The notes beneath the pieces were generated by a model. The model did no database searches. It worked only from the letters and a program-made list of their open reading frames with translations, and was not told where the DNA came from. From assembly GCF_006345805.1 (NCBI RefSeq), contig NW_021834663.1:1-59194 (forward strand): a stretch of DNA of 59,194 bases, given 5' to 3'. Positions 48,004 through 59,194 of the stretch are shown here, in pieces. How positions within the stretch are numbered: position 1 is the first letter of the stretch; each line of letters starts with the position of its first letter. The position numbers were made by a program, and so were the translations under genes. Source of the DNA: Octopus sinensis (lineage: Eukaryota).

Positions 48004-49454
48004 GAGAGAGAGAGAGAGAGGGCTATATATATATGTATGTATATATGTCTCGAGTTGTAGCTGTGGAGTACTCACCCATTTGTGAGTTAATTTTATTCCC
48101 GTGTGATAATAAAAAGTGAAACTAGCAGCCAATATTTGCTGTGTCTATGAATCTATGTATCCCCTTCTCTTGCAATGTGATAAACAATTAAAAACACAAA
48201 ACGAACGCCATCACCACTCACTCTCTTTCTTTCTCTCTTACGTCATCTCTGAAACATTTAAAAGCACAAAACGAACGCCATCACCACTCACTGTCTCTCT
48301 CACTCTTTCTCTTTCACTCTCACTTTCTCTCTCTCACTCTCTCTCTCTCTCTCTCTCTCGCACACTCTCTCACCCCCTCTCTCTTTCTCTCTTACTTCCA
48401 AATAAAATTGCTCCATTACATTTCATGAGGCTTGGCGAACAGGAACTTTTGTGACGAAGTACGTTGTCTGAAATACAATACAGGACAACGAACTTTTCCT
48501 GGATTGTTAAGTTGATGTAATAAAGTGATTGGTTACCAGGGCACTGTTAGCATATTAATTAAAACACAAGCGATTTTCAACCGATTAGCAAATACAACAC
48601 ACTACTACTGAAAACAAATCTAAAAATAATTAAGAGTCTTATATAAACTCTACGACAGTTGCTGATTAATGCAAACGTCAAAGCTAGAAATTGTATTTAG
48701 GCTATCTTAATTTGCACTTCCCTGGGCTTCCACTATGAGGCAGAAGAGGCGTCCAAGTAAATGAGTCACTTGGTCGTCTCCTTGGTTAGGCTTTGCAAAG
48801 GAGGTCAAGGGAAAAGGCTTAAGGAATGTCAGGTATTTTACTTCAGGTCAGTACTACGGTGAGTTACATTACAAGCTTGACTCACTCAGGGTCAAGAGGT
48901 TAACATTAATTAATCGCAGCCTGTCACTGTGAACAGTAACCGTTTAACATAAATCGCAGTTACATGAACTACAAAGACATATAGACAGACAGACAGATAG
49001 CTACATACATACGTAAATACATACATACATGCATACATAACGGCTGTCAACTCATAGACGAGTATGACCATTACTGAGAAAGCATTGCATGTACAAAATT
49101 TTAAGTCAAATAACGCTGGCACAACACCTCATAGACCATGGGACAGAGACAAACCGGGGCAAGATATCCAGTGCCAATATGGGTCGCAGTCTCAGGAATG
49201 TGGTACTGCCATGATGTCAAGCGCAAGCAAAATATCCCAAAATGCTCAATGCCATTTCCTGCATATTTGGTTTTATGTCAGAGCAACCTTCTCTTAGAGA
49301 CATAAATTAACAAAAGCTAAGGAGTGTCTTACTCCCAGCGGTCTTCCAGCACGCCGAACACCAGCCTGGAATTGTGGGTATGAATGCTATTGCCAGATAG
49401 TCGCTTAACCTACATATTGGGTTGACCAAAAAACATCAGCTGGGCGAATGCCGT

Positions 49455-49660
49455 TGGCAGAAACGTTAGCACGCCGGGCGAAATGCGTAGCCTTATTTCG
49501 TCTACCGTTACGTTCTGAGTTCAAATTCCGCCGAGGTCGACTTTGCCTTTCATCCTTTCGGGGTCGATAAATAAAGTACCAGTTACGTACTGGAGTCGAT
49601 CTAATCGACTGGCCACCCCCCGCAAAATTTCAGGCCTTGTGCCTAGAGTAGAAAAGAAAA
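49455..49660 (+). mobile_element. SINE family A variant
   Basis: ggcagaaacgttagcacgccgggcgaaatgcgtagc... with a caggccttgtgcctagagtagaaaag tail. Confidence 0.8.
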
Positions 49661-49789
49661 TGTCCGTTCGGTTTTCGTCAACACTAAACTTCAAGCACTC
49701 TTTCAGTCTGTTTCTTGTGCATCCGCACTTATTAGATATTTGACACTTCAATATAGTCGATCGCGAGCTTTCAACTAGATATTTTTGTG

Positions 49790-50312
49790 TTACCATATCA
49801 ATAATATGCTCACGGAATATGCATCATTATTCATGTGGACTGCACCGACTCTGACTCTGGGATTGCACTACTTCCTAGTCCTGTATATTTCGATTGCGAT
49901 CTACTTTGTGACCTATTGTAGAGGGCTTGAAACTTTCCCGTATTGAACTGTGTGTTATATTCATCAGACAATTTCTATATTGCATTTAGGTTTTTCTGCA
50001 GTTTTAGGATGTCATCAGGACCATTGGCAAGTTGCAATACGTTTGTATCGTCAGCATAGCTGGTGCGGGTCGATGACTAAGCCACTACAAACAGTAGTGA
50101 TCCCAGTACAGCTCCCTGGTGTCTTCCGCTGTCAACTAATGCCTCCTCAGAGAGAAAGAGAGCACTATTGGCTGTGACTTTCTGACTTATAACTTTAAAA
50201 ATGTCATGCTACCACACCCCTAGCTTTTCAACAATACCAATGTCGCACAGATATGCTACAACATATCATCTTTCCTTAATTTTGTCGAAGGCTTTGATAA
50301 AGACGAGATATA
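49790..50312 (-). mobile_element. Degraded CR1-like RT fragment
   Basis: Minus strand VNVIYLVFIKAFDKI...QGAVLGSLLFVVA...YADDT. Confidence 0.75.
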
Positions 50313-50399
50313 TCACATTCACAATTTGAGTGGTTGAGCCGTTGTTTCTGTAACCAGTCAAAATGCTGTAATAGCTGTGTTTGTATAAATATACATATA

Positions 50400-50520
50400 T
50401 TAATATGGACGTAATATACCTTGACTTTGCAAAAGCTTTTGATAAAGTGGATCATGGTTCGATATTCCACAAACTGCGTGATCTCTGCATGGCTGGAAAA
50501 CTTGGAGAGTGGTTACATGG
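50400..50520 (+). mobile_element. CR1-like RT fragment truncated by a SINE
   Basis: MDVIYLDFAKAFDKVDHGSIFHKLRDL...GKLGEWLH. Confidence 0.8.
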
Positions 50521-50905
50521 TCATTTGACTGCGGCCATGCTGGAGCACCGCCTTTACTCGAGCAAATCGACCCCGGGACTTATTCTTTCTAAGCCCAGTA
50601 CTTATTCTATCGGTCTTTTTTGCCGAACCGCTAAGTGACGGGGACGTAAACACACCAGCATCGGTTGACAAGCGATGCTAGGAGGACAAACACAGACACA
50701 CAAACGCACACACACATACATATATATATATATACATACATATATACGACAGGCTTCTTTCAGTTTCCGTCTACCAAATCCACTCACAAGGCATTGGTCG
50801 GCCCGGGGCTATAGCAGAAGACACTTGCCCAAGATGCCACGCAGTGGACTGAACCCGGAACCATGTGGTTGGTTAGCAAGCTACTTACCACACAGCCACT
50901 CCTGC
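50520..50905 (-). mobile_element. SINE family B
   Basis: Matches 1391-1797. Confidence 0.85.
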
Positions 50906-50924
50906 GTGTATTATATACATGTAT

Positions 50925-50992
<68 letters not shown>

Positions 50993-51052
50993 AAGAGAGG
51001 ATAGAGAAAAAGAGACTATTTATTTATAGATGTCTATATACGCATATATACA

Positions 51053-51118
<66 letters not shown>

Positions 51119-51774
51119 TATGAACACATGTTTATACTTGCTTACTTACATACTCACACAACCACTCACACATATATGCGCATAGGTATATATGCACATA
51201 TCTATAAATATACATATATATACACATATATATATATGTATGTATGTATATCTATGTATATGTGTGTGTGTGTGTACATGCGTGTAAATATTACTTAGCA
51301 GATGGTATTATTGATATTCGTATTTTAACCGTAAGCAGCAACACGGCGCATTCGTTGTACATGCAATCTGTTTGGAATACATTGCCGACGAGTCTTTGTA
51401 TTACGACTAACAACTCACTCGAACCATAGAAGTGCTGCACTTGATATGTCTAACATAGGACTGCAATTTGCTTACGTTAGACAATTTATTAAACGACGAC
51501 TTAGTACGTATATATATATATATATATATATATATAGGTATTTCCATGTGTACACACTTGTCTGAGTACATCTGTATGAACAACGGCAGGTGAGAATACT
51601 CACAAACACAAACACAGACACGCTCACACACGCTCCAAACACAGACAAACATAAACGCACGTTCACACATACATACGACCTCTCTACCGTACAGAGGAAC
51701 ACGTGCGCCTGCATATATGTGTATGTACATATTGATGTAATATATATAAATACATATATATATTTATATATATG

Positions 51775-51892
51775 AATATTTCTCTCTCTCTCTACACACA
51801 CACATACATACATACATATACATATCACGTGATCACGTGATATGTATATGTATATGTATGTATGTATGTGGTGTCTAGAGAGAGAGAAATAT
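51775..51892. repeat. Spacerless palindrome centred on tcacgtga|tcacgtga with mirrored microsatellite arms
   Basis: (TC)n(CA)n(CATA)n on the left mirrors (TATG)n(TG)(GA)n on the right. Confidence 0.8.
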
Positions 51893-51893
51893 T

Positions 51894-51949
<56 letters not shown>

Positions 51950-51951
<2 letters not shown>

Positions 51952-53617
51952 AGCGGTGAATATATTGTCGTCTAAATTACGCAAAAAGGAAAATAACACT
52001 GACATCTCATTTTAACAGATATGCTTACCAAAATTATATTAAAATATCTTGAAATGCTAAAGAGTAAAACGATTAAGTAAAATCGCCATTGACTTCTACA
52101 CTGGCCATCGGACGAGTTCGGAATCTCCGTTATCTCTTGTGGACGGCAAATTTAAAAAGGTGATCGAACTGAACAAATATGATTTAGACATTTATGAGAA
52201 TATTATCATTTATAATATCAGTGGCTTAGCATGCGTAAAATAACCCATAATGGTAAAAAAAAAATTATCAATTAATACTTTGTTTAAGTTGGCGAATGCT
52301 GCCATAATCTCTGCCTTCCGGTCATCCTGGTGTTACAAGGAGTTTTGTTGGTCTCTTGCTCAACTGCGCCCCACACATAATAATATAGTGAGTTGCAGGC
52401 TGGTGAGTTAAGTGGCCAGATGTAGGGGTGATGTAGCCGCAGAAATTGTCTGACAGTCATGAATAGGTTTTCTGCTTGTGCGACATGGTGCAGAGTCCTG
52501 CTGCCAGACATAGGGTTTTCCAGCTGCCACCCTCTTCACCCAGGGCAGCACTACCTCCTCCAGGCACTTGAAGTAGGCATCTGTTTTAAGTTTGAGGCCG
52601 TGTGGAAAGATGAATGCAGGTTTAACGTCGCCATCACTAGTTATCACTCCAAACATCATGATATTGACTGGATGTTGGGTTTTTATTACTCTCGGTACAT
52701 GTTTTGGGGACACGGAAAGCCAACGGTTATGCTGTGTGTTCGCCATCTGTTCGTATTGAGCTTCCGGCGCAAATTCCAAGCAATACAGCATGTCGTTTCC
52801 AAATTTCTAGCAGAGTGAAGTACGTCATGGTACTGCTTTTCTCACAGACCCTACTATACCGTGTAGTCGACAAAATCAAAAATAAGTCATGCGCATGCGC
52901 GAAAGAAAAATATAAAAGGGCGTCGATTAACTTTAAAAAAGAAGCACTGTGGTCGATACATTTGACTAAAAATGCTTCAAGGCGGTGCCCCAGCATTACC
53001 GTTATCTAATGACTGAAGCAAGTAAAAGATAAAAGATAAAGATTGATGGATTTGTTTATTCATCATCATCGTCATTTAATCCAGCAACTTGCTATGACCA
53101 ATAAGTTATACTGGCCTTTCTAGAACTGAATGTAGTATCTGCGCACACCATACTACAGGCGACACTAGTTAATCATGAGTGGAGGCGCAATGGCCCAGTG
53201 GTTAGGGCAGCGGACTCGCGGTCATAGGATCGCGGTTTCGATTCCCACGAGGCTCCGGCAGGGGATGGTGGTGATCCCTGCTGTACTCTTTCACCACAAC
53301 TTTCTCTCACTCTTACTTCCTGTTTCTGTTGTACCTGTATTTCAAGGGGCTGGCCTTGCCACTCTCTGTGTCACGCTGAGTATCCCCGAGAACTACGTTA
53401 AGGGCGCACGTGTCTGTGGAGTGCTCAGCCACTTACACGTTAATTTTACGAGCAGGCTGTTCCGTTGATTCGGATCAACCGGAACCCTCATCGTCGTAAC
53501 CGACGGAGTGCTTCCATCACCACTATACCGTGTAGTCGACAAAATCAAAAATAAGTAATGCGCATGCGCGAAAGAAAAATATAAAAGGGCGTCGATTAAC
53601 CCTTCGCACCTTGCATA
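51950..53617 (-). mobile_element. Internally deleted maT/DD37D-like (Tc1/mariner superfamily) transposon, interrupted at 52932-53521
   Basis: Minus-strand peptides KTQHPVNIMMFGVITSDG...WQQDSAPC and IWPLNSPACNSLYYYVWG (WPPNSPDLNPLDY motif); imperfect terminal repeats near 51950 and 53605. Confidence 0.75.
53178..53516 (+). mobile_element. tRNA-derived SINE family C (head agtggaggcgcaatggcccagtgg), secondary copy
   Basis: Box A/B-like head; shares a deletion of about 45 bp and the 5' flank with 57259-57597. Confidence 0.85.
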
Positions 53618-53765
53618 TAGAGATTATCAATATGCCCATATGCATTTTCTGCCTTCATGCAAGTGCACATAAATACATGCATACATCATCACACAAACAG
53701 GAACGCACCTGCGCGTGCGCACACACACACAATATATATGCATATATGCAGATAGATAGATAGAC

Positions 53766-53817
<52 letters not shown>

Positions 53818-53854
53818 GGATAGATAGGAAAATTGACAGACAGACATATATATA

Positions 53855-53885
<31 letters not shown>

Positions 53886-54084
53886 GTGTGTGTAAAAAGT
53901 AAAAAAATATATACAAACTGGGACAAGAACGTGAAACACCTAGAAGACGACACAAGAACCACAGGACGGTACATTCGAAGCCCTCAGTCATCAGTCAAGA
54001 ACCGGATCATCTTCGCAATTTCGGCTGATTAATCTTATATATATATATACACGACTGTATCTCAGATTTCTGAATAATCGCCTT

Positions 54085-54412
54085 AGTTATAGATAAATGA
54101 TTTTATTTATGCGCCCTTTTCCAGCCTAGCCAGTCTCATGGGCCCGGTTTCCCGGTTTCTATGGCGTATGTGTTCCCCCCAGCTGGACAGGACGCCAGTC
54201 CATCGCAGCGTCACTCAAGAAACAGGAACAGAGAGTGAGAGAAAGTTGGGACGAAAGAGTTCAACAAGGGTCGCCACCACCCCCTGCCGGAGCCTCGTGG
54301 AGCTTTTAGGTGTTTTCAATCAATAAACACACGCAACGCCTGGTGTGGGAAACGAAACCGTGATCCTCCGACCGCGAGTCCGCTGCCCAAACCATTGGTC
54401 CATTACGCCTCC
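54085..54412 (-). mobile_element. SINE family C, different 3' half, undeleted head
   Basis: Reverse complement gtggaggcgtaatggacc...gaaaacacctaaaagctccacgaggctccgg. Confidence 0.8.
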
Positions 54413-54926
54413 ACAGATAATTGATTATCTACATATAAATGATTTTTTACGTATACACTCTTTCCGTACTTTGTCCAATAACTAATCCTTGTTCTAGTTT
54501 TTACTTGCCTCTAGTATGTGTATCTGTATGTTGTGTGTGTGTGTGTGTGTGTGTGCGTGCGTGTATGTATGTGTGTGTTGTGTATGTTCTTTATCATCAC
54601 CTGGTCCCTAGGTCAGTCAATTTAGATGTTATAAAATATAATTCTGTGTATTGATAAGCAATTCAGTAACTATTCCAACATGTAAACATAAAGTTCATAT
54701 GTACCGTGAAAAACGTTTGTTCTACCAGATCAATTGTTTAGTCTACTGGTTATATAACTATTGATAGGCGCAGATAAGAAGCTTGCTTCCCAACCACATG
54801 GTTCTGTGTTCAGTGCCACTGCATGGCACTTTGGGTGTCTCTTACTATAGCATCAGGCCAACCAAAACATTGTGGGTGGATTTGGTAGACGGAAACTGAA
54901 AGAATCCTGTCGTACATATGTTTATA

Positions 54927-55240
54927 CAGTTGCGGCCAAAATGTTCAGAACGGCATTGTTTTCGTCAGAAAAGTAGATATAATTTTTTATCAAAGTAGTT
55001 TTATGTTCTATAATTTTCACAGACTATAAATACGATATTATTTGTTATTGCCTGAGATTTCAGTCTAATTTGAGAGGATAATACAAAAGTTATGGATGAT
55101 TTAGTGATTTACTGCAAAACCCATGGCGGCCAAAATGATCAGAACGGTTGAAAAAATAACAAAATAATCAAAAATGACAGAGAATACTGGAATTATTTAA
55201 TATTTAGTGTGAAGCCCTTTAGCTTCAATCACACTTTATA
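54927..55240 (+). mobile_element. Tc1-like left end with outer and inner direct repeats (IR/DR type)
   Basis: TA|cagttgcggccaaaatgttcagaacgg at 54927, repeated as gcggccaaaatgatcagaacgg at 55126; lies at the microsatellite of a family B SINE head (54755-54920). Confidence 0.55.
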
Positions 55241-55259
55241 TATATATATATATATATAG

Positions 55260-55309
<50 letters not shown>

Positions 55310-56262
55310 TTGGGTACAGAAATTCAGGGTGAGTACTTGATAATAATAAGCACCTGTATATACCGTTTGGTGTGGAGGTGGTGGAGTAAATTAATCAAAA
55401 CATGATGCCAAGGATTAGCGGTACATATGTTCGGGCCTTTATTAGACGGATTTATAACAATGCATAATTTGTGTCTATGGTCTTCTTCAGCCGCGCGCAA
55501 CTACTACCTCAAGGACATTATTACATCAAAAATTCTACGTTGGGGATGCAAATCTTCTCATTCGCGTACGACATAATGCGGCAAAACAGCATAAAAATGA
55601 AGCGTCCATCTCGTCCTTCTCTCAATGTGAATGAGGAAGTTTGGATGTTGAGGTAATAAATAAATGAATAAATAAATATATACATATATAAATACAGACA
55701 GACGTGAAGGAACCTGGTGATAAGAGCAAATAGGGATAAAGATGGAGGGGCGAGAATTCAGAACGAAGGATAAAAAAAATATATAAAAATGTGAAAAATA
55801 AGAAAAATAAGAATGTAAGTATAGAAAAATATAAAAATGTAGAGTATAAAGATATAAAGAGATATAAAAAAAATATAAATGAATATAAAGGTATAAAGTT
55901 ATAAAAAAATAAAAAATTACAAAGTTAAAAAATAAAATAATAAAAATATAAAAAATTATCAGAAATATAAAGGATATAAGAATATAGAAATGTAAAAGAA
56001 TATAAGGATAAGGGATATAAAGTTGTTACGGACCAACATAGTGGTCAGGAAAATGACAAATTCTGGTTGTAGAAGCCTTGGGCGTCATAAATCAACCGGG
56101 GTGTCTGGGGACCTAGTGTATTGTAAATTAGAGTTGTTTGGTTAAGCCGCTTATCTAGTTCTTCGTGACGTATCAAGTGGTCATCATGTACATACGTACA
56201 CGCATGGATACATACACCCATACACACGCGCGCATATATACGCACGCATACTCAACTACACG

Positions 56263-56319
<57 letters not shown>

Positions 56320-56326
56320 ATATATA

Positions 56327-56366
<40 letters not shown>

Positions 56367-56462
56367 GATATATATAGATAGATGATAGATAGATAGGATA
56401 GATAGATAGGTAGATAGATAGATAGATAGATAGAATAGATAGATACATACATATAACAGGTA

Positions 56463-56602
56463 TGACCACTAAGTGGACATCCATTATACTAGAAGTGACA
56501 CCCATATGGTCTGACCTCTAAGAAAAGATGTTCTCAATCCTTTCTTAGTGGTCAGACCGTATGGGGACTACTCTAACATAATAGATGTCCACTTAGTGAT
56601 CA
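56463..56602. repeat. Imperfect 140-bp palindrome
   Basis: tgaccactaagtggacatc...ggtctgacc.ctaagaaa paired with tttcttagtggtcagacc...gatgtccacttagtgatca; a related half-copy lies at about 16745-16815. Confidence 0.8.
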
Positions 56603-57258
56603 TCCCTCTTATATGTATGTAATATAATTTTTCTGAATCTTCAGATTTTTCGATATGCTAGGCCACTGGTTTAAAATCGATAATAATCAAATTAATATTC
56701 AATTTTTCACCCTTTTTATTTAAATATACATAGATATAGATATATAGATACATACATATGTACATATACGTATACATATACGTATACATATATGTATGTA
56801 TGTATGCATGCATGTATGTATGTATGTATGTATGTATGTATGTATGTATGTATGTATGTATGTATGTATGTATGTATGTATGTATTTGTATTTGTGTGTG
56901 TCTCTTTGTGTCTGTTTGTCTCCCTATTATCGATTGAGAAACGGTGCTGGTATATTTACGTCACCGTAACTTAGCGGTTCGGCATAAGAGACCGATAGAA
57001 TAAGTGCCAGACTTTAAAAAATAAGCACTGTGGTCGATACATTTGACTAAAAATGCTTCAAGGCGGTGCCCCAGCATTACCGTTATCTAATGACTGAAGC
57101 AAGTAAAAGATAAAAGATAAAGATTGATGGATTTGTTTATTCATCATCATCGTCATTTAATCCAGCAACTTGCTATGACCAATAAGTTATATTGGCCTTT
57201 CTAGAACTGAATGTAGTATCTGCGCACACCATACTACAGGCGACACTAGTTAATCATG

Positions 57259-57597
57259 AGTGGAGGCGCAATGGCCCAGTGGTTAGGGCAGCGGACTCGC
57301 GGTCATAGGATCGCGGTTTCGATTCCCACGAGGCTCCGGCAGGGGATGGTGGTGATCCCTGCTGTACTCTTTCCCCACAACTTTCTCTCACTCTTACTTC
57401 CTGTTTCTGTTGTACCTGTATTTCAAAGGGCCGGCCTTGTCACTCTCTGTGTCACGCTGAATATCCCCGAGAACTACGTTAAGGGTACACGTGTCTGTGG
57501 AGTGCTCAGCCACTTACACGTTAATTTCACGAACAGGCTGTTCCGTTGATTCGGATCAACCGGAACCCTCGTCGTCGTAACCGACGGAGTGCTTCCA
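57259..57597 (+). mobile_element. SINE family C at its original insertion site, with 11-bp TSD
   Basis: TSD agttaatcatg at 57248-57258 and 57605-57615. Confidence 0.9.
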
Positions 57598-58164
57598 ATT
57601 CCAAAGTTAATCATGGCCGTTGACAGTTTGTGGACTATTCATTCGCTCAGTATCTAGTGATATCCACCATTGACTCAATCGGTTCATCTATCAATATAGT
57701 TCATATCCACTGTACTGAACCCCATGATTTCAACATAACCCTGGATCAACTGGTTACCGGTTACTAGGCCTATTTATTTCCATATTCACAGTTGATGCTA
57801 ATTTCACATGTTAATTAATCCATTGATGGGATCCTGCTAGCTGTTACTATTCTGGATCGGAGTAGATCTGGGAACAGCAGTAGTTAAAATATAGTTCTAC
57901 ACTTCTCAAAAGCCCGGAATTCCCGAACCAAGGCGTTGCTACTGGATGCTAAGTCATGCCCATTAGCTTATAAACAAGTAGCAATCAGAATTTTAAGCTT
58001 CGGAAATCAGCTATCGTGTGTGTATGTGTGTGTATATACGAAGCGAAGTCAAAAATTATCCGCACTTTCGTCATAACATGTATTTATTATTGTTACACTA
58101 CCTTTCTGCGCAAAAATGTTAAGATATATGGAAACATTGTATCTGTGTTGTTGGGAGGCCCAAA

Positions 58165-58420
58165 ACCGTAACAGGCATTAAGCTTAAGGTTTGATTGTTG
58201 AACCTTGCTTTAAAATTTCCCTCCGTGAGACCCACATATCTCTTTGACAAAACAGTATTATGAGCGTTCGTAGAATTTACGGTGGCTTCATAAATAATAG
58301 CCTCGGTCATACAGGGTGCATTTAGCGGGCACGGGTCTTTATCCTTGCAGGAACAGCCGGCTTCGTGTTGTAGTTTTGCATTGTGTGTAATAATGTTTTA
58401 AAATTTGGGGTTGAACTAAA
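58165..58420 (-). mobile_element. Penelope-like GIY-YIG fragment
   Basis: CSCKDKDPCPLNAPCMTEAIIYEATV...RYVGLTEGNFKARFNN. Confidence 0.85.
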
Positions 58421-58534
58421 ACTAATCACGGATAGAATGTTTCCATATGTCTTAACTTTCTCATCATTCCCTATATATCATTTTATATTATATTTAATAT
58501 AAATATATATACTTATATATACTTATATATACAT

Positions 58535-58580
<46 letters not shown>

Positions 58581-59194
58581 TATAGTATATATATATATAT
58601 ATCCACCGTGATCACCGTGACCGACCAGACTATCAGATGTTGCTACACATCGCGGGTCACAATGCGCTTTGCATTGTTTTAGACTTCAAATGACGCCACC
58701 CCGCTGGCTAAGCGAGCAGGCCATATATATATATATATTTAAAAGGGGGTGAGAAATTACATATTAATTTAATTAACATCGATTTAACACCAGTGGTCTA
58801 TATATATAATATATATACATCTGTTTGTGCATGTATTTGAGTCCGTCCCCATCACCACATCTCTTGATTTTACGCCCTTCAAAGCGGTGCTTCAGCATGG
58901 CCACAATCCAATGACTGGAAGAAGTAAAAGATATTCTATCACTACAAGAAGTAATTCTGTTTCAAATTTTGATAAGCTGCGAGCCTCAGGCAAACAAGAC
59001 TGGAATTGCTTCAACTGTACCCAACGTCACCTGTCATGGCTTTTTTCCCCTCACACACATACGCTCGCATATGCACATGTTAGTAGAGAGAAAATGGAGA
59101 GAGGATAAAGATAACATCTTCTTTGTGTGAAGCTATACCTAGAGTGCATATACATAGATATACTAAAACTTCTAAACGCAACCATACTCACTTA

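Noticed and set aside
53178-53250. tRNA genes at the SINE heads
   Set aside because: The heads are tRNA-like but continue into SINE bodies with TSDs and lack a complete cloverleaf.
52932-53516. A-to-G differences in the copied segment as fossil ADAR edits
   Set aside because: Only about 3-4 of roughly 13 differences are A-to-G, with as many T/C changes, so there is no enrichment.
53945-54000. Minus-strand CTGATGA near ttcgaatgtaccgtc
   Set aside because: Stems I and II do not pair and GAAA is broken.

Overview
AT-rich eukaryotic DNA packed with microsatellites and transposon debris. The SINE families and repeat landscape point to an octopod cephalopod (Octopus-like); this is inferred from repeat recognition, not from a database search. 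The only host genes I can support are three tandem, intronless ORFs for type II membrane LicD/fukutin-family (FKTN/FKRP-like) phosphotransferases: 22370-23314, 25663-26604 and 32414-33351 (the last split by a 1-nt homopolymer deletion). They lie in three head-to-tail units (about 21.8-37.0 kb). Each unit carries a splice acceptor, the LicD exon and a downstream Penelope-like element (PLE). The rest of the window holds three tRNA-derived SINE families, PLE, CR1-like, RTE, Tx1 and R4/Dong LINE fragments, mariner/maT/Tc1 remnants and non-autonomous Helitrons. The most unusual signals are: hammerhead ribozyme motifs, including a 360-bp palindrome carrying one on each strand just downstream of LicD copy 3; at least eleven fold-back palindromes; a Tx1-clade LINE sitting in (TATC)n repeats; and a SINE plus its 5' flank copied 4 kb away with a 79-bp direct repeat. 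Almost all other ORFs in the supplied track are microsatellite or TE noise. TE coordinates are approximate unless stated to the base.
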